Below the pieces are notes generated by a model that saw nothing but the letters and a program-made list of their open reading frames with translations, searched no databases and had not been told where the DNA came from. DNA of 64,000 nucleotides from Cyanophyceae cyanobacterium. Its GTDB lineage: Bacteria; Cyanobacteriota; Cyanobacteriia; Cyanobacteriales; Laspinemataceae. Below are positions 50,277 through 59,624 of the stretch, piece after piece. The stretch lies in contig JBBQFN010000023.1 in assembly GCA_038321985.1 (NCBI GenBank), forward strand, positions 1 to 64,000. Direction: 5' to 3'. A program made the translations under genes and the position numbers. Within the stretch, counting starts at the first letter, position 1. Each line of letters starts with the position of its first letter.

Positions 50277-51023
50277 TTAATCCCAGGAAAAATTGAGGAA
50301 TAATTCCTCGGATAGCTGTTGGTTGTATTCCTGAAAATACTTAATCAAGGTGAATTTGAATTCATCCGGCATTTTGGAATGGTCTCCGGCATTGTACTTG
50401 GGGTAGTCGGAAATTTTCATCGGGGATAAGCCTAAAAATGCCAGGGTCTTGGCTAGGATGTCAGCCGGATTAGCATAAAATTCTTCACTTTTTAAAATTA
50501 AAAATTGCTCCCTCGGGAAAAGTTTCAACCATTTTTTGAGTTGGGAGATATATATTCCCCGAGATAAATAAGTGTAATGCTGGTGATTGTAACTATAGTG
50601 GTTTTGATCGGCAAACATTTTTTCGACTTCCCCGGCCAGTCTTTCCGGTTCTTGGGCGATCGCTTCAGCAAAAGAAAGCGCCTCAAATCCCCAGCGCACT
50701 TCATGATTATAATGAGACCAGGCTCTATCGACGGGATTTCTAAGTAAAACAATTAGTTTAACCGTAGGAACTAAATCCTTAACCCGCTGGGGAACTAAGG
50801 GATGAAACAGATAATAAGGACTCGCTTCCCCAGTTAGCATCGGCTTTTCTGGGGACTGGGGGGGAAATTGTTCACGATACCAGTCGATGCTTTGATGAAA
50901 GTTAAAGTCAAAAAAATGAACTTCTTTTTGAGCAGCGGGGAGAACTTGCGGATGTTGAATCAAGTAATTATAGAGAGAGGTTGTCCCTCCTTTTTGAGTT
51001 CCAATAATCAGAAAATCTGGCAT
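50277..51023 (-). CDS. Sulfotransferase (heparan-sulfate 3-O-ST/Sulfotransfer_1-like)
   Basis: PDFLIIGTQKGGTTSL (5'-PSB), KEVHFFD, GEASPYY and LRNPVDRAWSHY (3'-PB) motifs. Confidence 0.93.
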   Translation of the reverse strand: MPDFLIIGTQKGGTTSLYNYLIQHPQVLPAAQKEVHFFDFNFHQSIDWYREQFPPQSPEKPMLTGEASPYYLFHPLVPQRVKDLVPTVKLIVLLRNPVDRAWSHYNHEVRWGFEALSFAEAIAQEPERLAGEVEKMFADQNHYSYNHQHYTYLSRGIYISQLKKWLKLFPREQFLILKSEEFYANPADILAKTLAFLGLSPMKISDYPKYNAGDHSKMPDEFKFTLIKYFQEYNQQLSEELFLNFSWD

Positions 51024-51142
51024 GGTTGAGTTAGAGTGTGATTGCCAATTATAGGATTGAAACTATAGAGAAGCGAGTCCAAATGCAATTACTGCGGGTC
51101 CCCTACCCAAGATACAGAGGAAGGGACTCAATAACGGACCGA

Positions 51143-52396
51143 TTATAATGGTTTCTTCGCAATTAAATAGTTGCAAGAGGCTAACTCTTCATTAGTCTGG
51201 GGATGCAGACAGGTGACAAAATCTCGGTTGAGGTAGGTGTTAGGATGCGATAAAAGCTCTCCGACTTTAATTTCTTTAAAGGCTTCCGCGATGGGTTGAG
51301 GTAACCCTTGGACATAAGAATTCAGAAACCAAGTCAAAGCGGCGATCGGTAACCCCGGCAGTTGCACTGTACAGTCGAGGGCCTCTAATTCGCTAAACAA
51401 ATTTTTGAGACCACTGCTGGTCATATTATAGTAATGGTCAGGATAGCCATGAAAGGGCTGTAAAAAAGGAACTGCCGCATAAAGAGTACCTCCGGGTTTG
51501 AGAACGCGGATAATCTCTTTGGCACATTCAAATGGATTTTTAACGTGTTCTAAAACAGCTAGAGAAAAGACGGCATCAAATACATTAGATTTGAAAGGAA
51601 GTTTTTCTCCGATACTAATCACATCGGTGGTGGGATAGTCAACAATATCCAAATTCACCACATTAGGATAATATTGGTTTCTCAATCCACAGCCATTATC
51701 TAAAATTAATCCATTGGAAAATTGCTCGATTAAATTAAGGCTAATAGGGTCGTAATCATTTGCAGAAATGGAAGCCGTTGATTTCACGTTGCCATATTCA
51801 GTTAATTGGCGATTTAAAAAGTTATAATTATTGGGATTAAGGCGAAATTCGGAGTCACAGTCACAACAGGATAGAACCGATTCCCGGTTGGAAAGGCGAT
51901 CGCCTTCACAAATTGGACATTGCAAAATAGGCTGAATTTTCAGCAACTTTTCTTCTTTTTGTTGCCCAAATTTCTGGCATAATTCCCCAGAGATGAATAA
52001 ATCAATGGGAAAACGATAGAGTTGGTCATCCATAGAAAATTGAATGAACCAAGATTCTCCCGGCGTGAGGTGACCTGTTAAAATAAAGTCTTGAAACCCG
52101 ATTGCTGTGCGATTGGGATAGACGGCTTCCACATCGGGGCGATCGACTAGGGTTAAAAACTGAACCTCCCGAGTTTCATTGCATAAAATGAGCTTTTCAA
52201 TGTGACTTTTTTCATTCCCGACAATCCATCCACTAATAATCACAAAAGCCGCCGACATCGCCTCTTGAGGTTTAGGGGAATCAATGCAATATAGAAACGG
52301 ATCAGGGGGCAATTTTATCCCTGCTATTGGCATCGGTTTTCTAGCCCATAATGCTTTAGCAAAAGACTTGAACTTCAATGAATTAAAAGTTTTCAT
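51143..52396 (-). CDS. Methyltransferase with N-terminal GW..RPDV beta domain and Cys-knuckle
   Basis: SGWIV..RPDVEAVYP, CPIC..CCDC, ILDNGCG, LAVLEHV and HGYPDHY motifs. Confidence 0.85.
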   Translation of the reverse strand: MKTFNSLKFKSFAKALWARKPMPIAGIKLPPDPFLYCIDSPKPQEAMSAAFVIISGWIVGNEKSHIEKLILCNETREVQFLTLVDRPDVEAVYPNRTAIGFQDFILTGHLTPGESWFIQFSMDDQLYRFPIDLFISGELCQKFGQQKEEKLLKIQPILQCPICEGDRLSNRESVLSCCDCDSEFRLNPNNYNFLNRQLTEYGNVKSTASISANDYDPISLNLIEQFSNGLILDNGCGLRNQYYPNVVNLDIVDYPTTDVISIGEKLPFKSNVFDAVFSLAVLEHVKNPFECAKEIIRVLKPGGTLYAAVPFLQPFHGYPDHYYNMTSSGLKNLFSELEALDCTVQLPGLPIAALTWFLNSYVQGLPQPIAEAFKEIKVGELLSHPNTYLNRDFVTCLHPQTNEELASCNYLIAKKPL

Positions 52397-52453
52397 ACTC
52401 AGCTAGGTGATATTCTTACACTCATGAATTCCCGTAACTAAACCATTGCTGGA

Positions 52454-54331
52454 TTAAATCCAGATACTATAATCTTCGCGATCGCGAGTTAAGTTGGGAC
52501 TATAGCAGGGGTCGTGACTAATAATTGGTTTCCAGCGATTTCGCATATAGTCAATCTCTTTTGCAAATCGAGCAATTTTTTCGGGAGTATCCTCAAATCC
52601 CCGACTTTTTGATTCATAGTGATACAACACGACATGAGGCAAGTAGAGATTGCGATACCCTTGTTCCAGCATCTTCAAACACAAGTCCACATCATTAAAA
52701 GCTATGCTTAAATTTTCCTCATTAAACCCTCCCACGGATTCAAATACTTTTCGGCGACACATCAAACAGGCAGCGGTGACGGCGGAATAATTATTCACCG
52801 TCTTGAGTTGATAGTAATATCCCGGAACTTGAGATGGGAAATGCTTGTGACTGTGCCCTGCAACTCCCCCTAATCCGAGGACAACCCCAGCGTGTTGGAT
52901 ACTATCATCGGGATACAATAGCAAGGCCCCAACTGCTCCAATACTTGGGCGTTGCACCTGTTCCACCATTGCCGTCATCCACTCCTCATTTAGCACTTCT
53001 GTATCGTTATTTAAAAATAGCAAATACTCCCCTTGAGCTTGGGTAACCGCGTAGTTATTAATTTTAGAAAAATTAAAGGGAACATCGTACTTAATGCAGC
53101 GAAAACGGTCGGGTTCTTGGACTTGCCATTTCCGGAATAATTCTAGAGTTTCGGGCTCGTCACTGCCATTATCAATCACCAGCACTTCATAATTGGGATA
53201 AGTGGTTTTCTCAAAAATCGAAGTGAGGCAGGTGTTAAGCGTTGCACCTAAATTTCGGGTAGGAATAATCACCGTGACTCGCTGATAATCCTGGATATGA
53301 TAGCGAACAATCCAGTGACCCCCCGGAGTGGGAATGACTCTTCCTGGTTCTCCCCGTCGGACTAATGCTTCCGTGAGAGCTTTTTCGGCAGCATCAACGG
53401 CGTAGTTTTTGTTTTCTAACTCGCTGGCGGTGGAGTCAGGATGGATGCGCCAGTGATAGAGAATTTTAGGAATATGATAAATTTTATCGGTTTTTTCAGT
53501 AAATCTTAAGACAAAATCATAATCTTGGGACCCTTCATAACCGATTCTAAAGCCGCCAATTTCCTCAACCCGCGATCGCCGATAAAGTCCAAGATGACAG
53601 GTGTACATCCGAGACAGAAAAGAATCGGGACACCAGTCCGGTTTAAAAAACGGGTCCCGCAACATATTACTATCATCAATTTTATCTTCATCGCTATAAA
53701 TCATGTCCGCATCGGGATGTAGATTTAGCAACAAAGCCATTTCATATAAAGCATCAGCATTGAGCATATCATCATGGTCAAACAAGGCAATATATTCCCC
53801 CGTTGCCAAGGCGATCGCCGAATTAGAGGCCGCCGAAATATGCCCATTCCCTTCTCGAAATATTACCTTAATTCGCCCATCTCGCTCTGCATATTCTTTT
53901 AAAATAGAGCGCACATGATCTAGGGTGGAGGCATCATCAGCAATACAGAGTTCCCAGTAGGGATAAATCTGATCCATCACTGAGTCGAGGGCCATTCTCA
54001 AATAGGATTCTGGGGTATTATAAACCGGCATGATCAGGCTAATTAGCGGTTTATATCCAAACACTTTTAGAGTTTGAGCTTTGTGCCGTAAATCCGCTGC
54101 CCTCGCTGAGTTTTGACCTAACCAAAAATGATAGTCTGCATAAGGATGGGTGACTTCGGGTGCCCCTGGGCCCGGAAGTGGATTCTCATCGAGTTTAAAA
54201 TAAAGTTTACGAAACAATCGGGCGAGTGCATAGCGGACTCCTTGGGTTTTTACTTTTTCGTAAAACCGTTTAGATAGCCGCTGGGCGCGAGAGAATTGCT
54301 CTAGGGTCTGGGACAGAGGATAGTTTAACAT
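52454..54331 (-). CDS. Double-domain glycosyltransferase family 2 (RfbC-like)
   Basis: First domain ISLIMPVYNT..DHDD..YSDEDK..GSQDYD; second domain VIIPTRN..LNND..AVTAACL..FNDVD. Confidence 0.92.
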   Translation of the reverse strand: MLNYPLSQTLEQFSRAQRLSKRFYEKVKTQGVRYALARLFRKLYFKLDENPLPGPGAPEVTHPYADYHFWLGQNSARAADLRHKAQTLKVFGYKPLISLIMPVYNTPESYLRMALDSVMDQIYPYWELCIADDASTLDHVRSILKEYAERDGRIKVIFREGNGHISAASNSAIALATGEYIALFDHDDMLNADALYEMALLLNLHPDADMIYSDEDKIDDSNMLRDPFFKPDWCPDSFLSRMYTCHLGLYRRSRVEEIGGFRIGYEGSQDYDFVLRFTEKTDKIYHIPKILYHWRIHPDSTASELENKNYAVDAAEKALTEALVRRGEPGRVIPTPGGHWIVRYHIQDYQRVTVIIPTRNLGATLNTCLTSIFEKTTYPNYEVLVIDNGSDEPETLELFRKWQVQEPDRFRCIKYDVPFNFSKINNYAVTQAQGEYLLFLNNDTEVLNEEWMTAMVEQVQRPSIGAVGALLLYPDDSIQHAGVVLGLGGVAGHSHKHFPSQVPGYYYQLKTVNNYSAVTAACLMCRRKVFESVGGFNEENLSIAFNDVDLCLKMLEQGYRNLYLPHVVLYHYESKSRGFEDTPEKIARFAKEIDYMRNRWKPIISHDPCYSPNLTRDREDYSIWI

Positions 54332-54483
54332 TCGTTGTCGAGTTTACAAGGGAGAAGGGAATTTAAAAAGTCGGCCAGAAAGAAGGGTATCGCTGTTAGA
54401 ATTTAACTCTAAAATCAAGGATTACTTTTATCGATTTATGGTCCATTTCTGCGGTTTGAACTAATATTAATCATGCCTTCACC

Positions 54484-55854
54484 CTAATCATTCATCCGGA
54501 AAACTTGTTTTAGCTTAAACCATTGGGTCCGTAATTTCCAGAATTTACTGGTTTTCATCGCAGTATTTTCGAGTTGGGCTTGTTCGAGGGCGGCATGAGC
54601 GTGTAAAATTTGAGTTTGGAGTTGATGATGGGTGCGATCGCTCTGATTGAGTTTGCCCTCCCACTCCGCCTGAATTTGCGCTATCTGCTGTTGGGAACTG
54701 CGAGTCAGTTCGTCTAGTTGTGCCTGCATCTGGGTCCGGGTTTGTTCGAGTTCCTGCTGTTGGACTTGCTGCGATCGCAATTCTTCCTCCCGTTGCACCT
54801 CAAAGTCCGCCCGAGTTTGAGCCAATTGCTGCTGTAAGTCCTGGATTTGAGCCTCTAAAGACTGCTTTTCCCCCTGCGATCGCCCCAGTTCCCCTTGCAA
54901 CTCCTCAATTTCCTCCTCCAACTCTGCTATTTTTGCCCGAGGTTCCAATTCCTCAGTGGATTGAACTCTTGCTCTAAAGACGTGCAACTGGCTTTCTAAT
55001 TCCTCCAATTGCGATCGCAGGATATCTAATTTCACCTCGGTTTTGCTTAGAGTTTTTGTTATCTCCTCGCTTTTCTCCCGTTCTTCTAAAAGTTCATACT
55101 CTTTTTGAGCAAAAACATTGGCAAAGTTGGTAGCATATAAACCAATATGCTTACTACAAATATAGCGAAATAATTCCCGGCGATTCTCTGGAATATTACA
55201 AGCACTGACCATTGACTTGGACCGAAACCGATACTCATAAAGCACCGTGGAAATATGATAAAATTGCCAGCCTTTTTCTGCAACCCCTAGCCAAAAATCC
55301 CAATCTTCATACCCTAACTTTTGGGGAATATTAGAATCGTATCCCCCAGACTCCTGCCAAACTGTTCTTCTAAAAACTGCACAAGCATCAATATAATTTC
55401 CGGCCACTAGACGATTGATATCAAATTCCGGGACTTCAACAATCCCAGTTTTTTCTCCAAATAATTCTGCATCCCCATACACTACGCCAACTTCTGGATT
55501 TTCATCTAAAATCGTGACTGCCTCCGTGATGTAAGCCGGTTTAATTCGATTATCAGCATCTAAGGGTAAAATATAGCGACCCCGTGCCTTTTTTATGCCT
55601 GTATTTCGGGCGGCAGCGAGTCCTTGATTAGATTGCTCAATAACGTGATATCCTTTCTCTTGTAAATAAGTCAGGACCTTGTGGGTACCTGGAGAGGTCG
55701 AACCATCATTAATAATTAAAATTTCATAGACTTTTTCTTGACAGCTTTCGACACTGGCGATCGCCTCTAGAATAAACTCTCCTTGGTTGTAGCAAGGAAT
55801 AACCACTGATACCGCTACATTTCCCCATAAATAGTCTGCTGCCGATTCCGACAT
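54484..55854 (-). CDS. Glycosyltransferase family 2 with long C-terminal coiled coil
   Basis: VVIPCYN, LPLDAD and GYEDWDFW motifs, then a long Gln/Glu-rich heptad region ending AMKTSKFWKLR. Confidence 0.9.
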   Translation of the reverse strand: MSESAADYLWGNVAVSVVIPCYNQGEFILEAIASVESCQEKVYEILIINDGSTSPGTHKVLTYLQEKGYHVIEQSNQGLAAARNTGIKKARGRYILPLDADNRIKPAYITEAVTILDENPEVGVVYGDAELFGEKTGIVEVPEFDINRLVAGNYIDACAVFRRTVWQESGGYDSNIPQKLGYEDWDFWLGVAEKGWQFYHISTVLYEYRFRSKSMVSACNIPENRRELFRYICSKHIGLYATNFANVFAQKEYELLEEREKSEEITKTLSKTEVKLDILRSQLEELESQLHVFRARVQSTEELEPRAKIAELEEEIEELQGELGRSQGEKQSLEAQIQDLQQQLAQTRADFEVQREEELRSQQVQQQELEQTRTQMQAQLDELTRSSQQQIAQIQAEWEGKLNQSDRTHHQLQTQILHAHAALEQAQLENTAMKTSKFWKLRTQWFKLKQVFRMND

Positions 55855-55875
55855 ATTACCCTGATAATCCTATAA

Positions 55876-56937
55876 TTAGCTTGGTTTAAAATTGAAGGTC
55901 CGGGCAATTGCCCCTTTGAAATTTGACCACTTTACCTTAAATTTCCAAAACTTTGAGGTTTCCATCCCAGCAATTTGTCCTCGCAATTGGTCGCATTCTG
56001 CCTTCATATCTATGGAACTAGACACAGAATGAGCCAAGGTTTCTAGGTGCATTTTGGCTTGGACTGCTTCATGATGTAACCAGAGGGGATAAATTTCTAT
56101 AGGTAACTGCTCGGAGTTAACCTGTGGGGTAAAATGGCTGGGAAGATCCGCCGCCCCATCTAGCTCTTCTAAAATAGAAAGATAGGGCAGTTCCGGGCTT
56201 TGTAAAAAACGAACTAAGGGGCTATTTCCCTGCAATTGCTGAAACAAATTCGGGTCATAAATTGTTTGAAACGCTTGGTCATCTAATCCCGATTGCACCG
56301 GAAGATTTAACTTACTTTCTAATAACTTGACCAGTTTTGTAGGTTGTGCTAGTAGAGAGTTAATATTAACTAAAAGACAACGATCAGGATAGCGCCGATA
56401 AAAGTCCAAAATATGCCGATTGTAATACGCCCAACTTCTGATCGCATAATCGGGACGTTGGGAAAAAATCCCACTATTGAGACGCAGGATGGAGTCCACC
56501 ACATCCCAGGGGAGACGATAGACGAATAAATAACGTGCCTGGGGCATTAACTCCTGCCAAAAATCGAGCATCAGGGAGGTGCGCGGGTCCTTCCAACCCC
56601 AAACCCCTCCCTGTGCATTTCTTTCGTTAATTAACCCTTGTGCCGTTGCCAACCTGGTTTTAAAATGCTCCGAGTTGAGGGATTCTTGTTCAGTCCAGCC
56701 CCAATCCGGCCAACCTGGATCCCCTGGGGGACAACTTTCTTGAAGGAGCGATCGCTGAAATTCCAGAAAATCCAGGTCCTCGAAATACCCTTTCACGTTA
56801 AAACAATCTGCTTGGTAGAGGCGATCGCCAAGTTCCACCCCGATGACTTTAATCAACGACGCAATTAGAGAAGTTCCCGAACGGTGCATTCCGGTTACGA
56901 TCAGCGGCAGCGACATGGTTCCTTGTATCCGTATCAA
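55876..56937 (-). CDS. Sulfotransferase-fold protein with C-terminal coiled coil (possible glycan chain terminator)
   Basis: GMHRSGTS, GYFED, WGWKDPR and RLPWDVVDS motifs; C-terminus GMETSKFWKFK. The start could instead be MSLPLI. Confidence 0.82.
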   Translation of the reverse strand: MIRIQGTMSLPLIVTGMHRSGTSLIASLIKVIGVELGDRLYQADCFNVKGYFEDLDFLEFQRSLLQESCPPGDPGWPDWGWTEQESLNSEHFKTRLATAQGLINERNAQGGVWGWKDPRTSLMLDFWQELMPQARYLFVYRLPWDVVDSILRLNSGIFSQRPDYAIRSWAYYNRHILDFYRRYPDRCLLVNINSLLAQPTKLVKLLESKLNLPVQSGLDDQAFQTIYDPNLFQQLQGNSPLVRFLQSPELPYLSILEELDGAADLPSHFTPQVNSEQLPIEIYPLWLHHEAVQAKMHLETLAHSVSSSIDMKAECDQLRGQIAGMETSKFWKFKVKWSNFKGAIARTFNFKPS

Positions 56938-56952
56938 CTAGAGGAGGTGCAA

Positions 56953-58356
56953 TCAAATCAATTCAATTTCTTTGAGCGTTTTCGGGACCTCTGCATCAAG
57001 AGTAACACTGGGTTTAACCAATAAGTCTACAATGCCCGTTGCGGATAAACTTTGTTCCTGTTGAACCCGAAACATTGCCACATCAATACAACGCGCTAAA
57101 TAGGTAAAATCCCCATTGACAATCCCCGAAACCCCGGCATTTAAAAAATATACCCCGGGATTTAGCAAACATTTAAACCGAAATTTTACAACAACTTTAG
57201 TCCCGGGTTCAACCTTTTCCAGAGAATGTTCTGAAAAGGAATGGGATGCCCCCCCCAGATCCAAACCGCTAATTGTTTTCACCAACATTCCACAGCGAAT
57301 TTGAGAAGCAGCCTCTAAAAATTCTACTGTGTAGGTGTAAACATATTCGTGACGCCCCACCAGGTTATTAACTTTTTTACCCGTGGGTGTCATGATGTGG
57401 GGTTCGAGAATTTGCGCCCCCCGAGATTCGTAATGGAGGGTATTGCTTGGTTTCAAATCTTCATCATAATAAGCACGGGCGGCTTGTTCTACCGGACCGG
57501 AAGAGGGGATAGCAAACTCACTGGAATGAGGGCTAAACAGCGGGAGTTTTTCCGACTCGTCTGGTTCATCTTTTTGTTGATTTAATTTACGAATCTCTTC
57601 GCATAAAGCATCTACTTTATGGGGGGGAGAATAAATTAATTTTTGGTATTTATCGACTACAAATTTAGGCGTATGATAGAGCAGTAATTCTCCATCGTGC
57701 ATAAAAATAGCCGAATCACACAATTCAATAATCATGGCGGCGGCGTGGGAGACAAATAAAATCGTCCCACCCCGTTCTTGGATAGTTTCAATCCGCGCAA
57801 AGCACTTGCGTTGAAAGGCTTCGTCCCCAACGGAAAGGGCTTCATCCACGATGAGAATATCCGGGTCAACGCTGGTGGCAACGGCAAATGCCAATCGGAC
57901 AAACATCCCGCTGGAATAGGTTTTAACCGGCTGATCCAGGAAGTCTCCGATATCAGCAAAACTGACAATTTCATCGAATCTATTCTCTATTTCCTGTTGA
58001 GATAGACCGAGTAACTGAGCATTAAAAAAGACATTTTGCCTTCCGGTAAATTCCGGATTAAACCCGCTGCCTAGTTCCAGCAGTGCAGAAATTCTGCCTT
58101 TAACTTCTACCTGCCCGCTAGTTGGAGATAAAGTACCGACAATCGTTTGCAGGAGGGTACTTTTTCCGGAACCATTGCGACCGACAACGCCTAAAGTTTT
58201 GCCTTTAGGGAGTTCTAGCGAAACATCGCGTAATGCCCAGAATTCATCAGACCTAACCTTGCCGGGGAGGAGAATTTCTTTAAGGCGATCGGCGGGATGC
58301 CGATAGCGTTTGAAGCATTTGGAAACATTCTTTAGCGAAATTGCAATTTCACCCAT
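56953..58356 (-). CDS. wzt: Polysaccharide ABC exporter ATPase with C-terminal Wzt_C carbohydrate-binding domain
   Basis: GRNGSGKST, YSSGMFVRLAF and VDEALSVGD motifs; C-terminal LNPGVYFLN beta-sandwich. Confidence 0.93.
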   Translation of the reverse strand: MGEIAISLKNVSKCFKRYRHPADRLKEILLPGKVRSDEFWALRDVSLELPKGKTLGVVGRNGSGKSTLLQTIVGTLSPTSGQVEVKGRISALLELGSGFNPEFTGRQNVFFNAQLLGLSQQEIENRFDEIVSFADIGDFLDQPVKTYSSGMFVRLAFAVATSVDPDILIVDEALSVGDEAFQRKCFARIETIQERGGTILFVSHAAAMIIELCDSAIFMHDGELLLYHTPKFVVDKYQKLIYSPPHKVDALCEEIRKLNQQKDEPDESEKLPLFSPHSSEFAIPSSGPVEQAARAYYDEDLKPSNTLHYESRGAQILEPHIMTPTGKKVNNLVGRHEYVYTYTVEFLEAASQIRCGMLVKTISGLDLGGASHSFSEHSLEKVEPGTKVVVKFRFKCLLNPGVYFLNAGVSGIVNGDFTYLARCIDVAMFRVQQEQSLSATGIVDLLVKPSVTLDAEVPKTLKEIELI

Positions 58357-58538
58357 GAGTTTTCTGCTGTATGAAACGGCGAATCAACTTTTGGAGGAGG
58401 GCGGAGGATGAAGGATGAAGGAGTGGAAATTGACTAGAGATTCAAGAATTCAAGAAGGAGGCAGAACCTTTAATTGGAAGATTCCCAGGCCGAGGCTGGA
58501 AACAAGGTAGAATTGCATTTTCCTCCTTCATCCTTAAC

Positions 58539-59396
58539 TTAGATGACATCGGCAAAAGCGGGACGTAAGCGCCGGTAAGACCATAAACCTAGTCCAAAAA
58601 TGACTAAGGAAATCAAGGAGGCAACGGCCCATTCTCCGGGGTGGTTAATTTCTCCAACGAGGATAATATCTCGATAGGTTTCAGCGATCGCCGCCATTGG
58701 ATTTAACCAAAATATTAACTCTCGCCACTCCGCAGGAATGACGGTAGCTGGATAGCAAATTGGGGTTAAATAAAACCACAAATTCACCAAAACGATCAGA
58801 GTTTGGGGAATGTCTCGCAGGAATACCGTGAATCCAGAGGCTAAATATCCCAGTCCAGCCGTGAAAAGCAGTTGCGTCAACCACACTAACGGGAGTAGAA
58901 AAAGTGTCGGATGCAGGGTATCGGAGGAAATTGCCAACATGACAATTAATGCCATGAGTCCAAAGGTACTTTCGATAAAGGCTGAGAGTACCGGGACCAA
59001 GGGGAGTAAACTCAGAGGGAAAACCACTTTTTTGACTAAATTGGGCTGTCCTACCACCACATTAGCCGCTTGCATAAAACCACTGGTAAAGGCAATCCAG
59101 GGGACTAATCCCGCAAACAACCATAGACCAAAGGTAAAGCTATTTTCCGGTAAGTTAGTAGCCGGAAGTTTAACTTTTAAAATAATCGAAAAGACGTAAG
59201 TGTAAATCAACAATTGCGAAAGTTGATTGAGCAAAGGCCACAAATTGCCCAAAACTGACCCTTTATAACGGGCGGCTAAGTCTCGTTGGACTAAGGTTTT
59301 GAGTAGGTTGAGCTTGACTAACAGTTGTTCATCAAACAGTGACCCTTGGGAAATGGAGTTTGCCTTGCGAAAGGCTCCTTTGATTGTTCTGACCAA
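58539..59396 (-). CDS. wzm: Polysaccharide ABC exporter permease
   Basis: ARYKGSVLGNLW, LVKKVVFP, FYLTPICYP and LNPM motifs. Confidence 0.93.
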   Translation of the reverse strand: MVRTIKGAFRKANSISQGSLFDEQLLVKLNLLKTLVQRDLAARYKGSVLGNLWPLLNQLSQLLIYTYVFSIILKVKLPATNLPENSFTFGLWLFAGLVPWIAFTSGFMQAANVVVGQPNLVKKVVFPLSLLPLVPVLSAFIESTFGLMALIVMLAISSDTLHPTLFLLPLVWLTQLLFTAGLGYLASGFTVFLRDIPQTLIVLVNLWFYLTPICYPATVIPAEWRELIFWLNPMAAIAETYRDIILVGEINHPGEWAVASLISLVIFGLGLWSYRRLRPAFADVI

Positions 59397-59624
59397 TTTT
59401 CACATCCTCACCCACAACGACAGAAGATAGGGGGCTTCATGGGTGCGATTGCTGTTGCAATCCTAAGGCGATCGCTGTTTGAATAGCGTCCGACACCATG
59501 AGCCTTGCCTGAAAAGCGATCGCCCCCAGAGGGTTCCTGACTAAACAGGCGATCGTGCTTAGAGCTTAGGATAACGAATCCTAGGTCAGGATCAACCCCC
59601 TTAAAAACTCTTAAGCATATTTTC

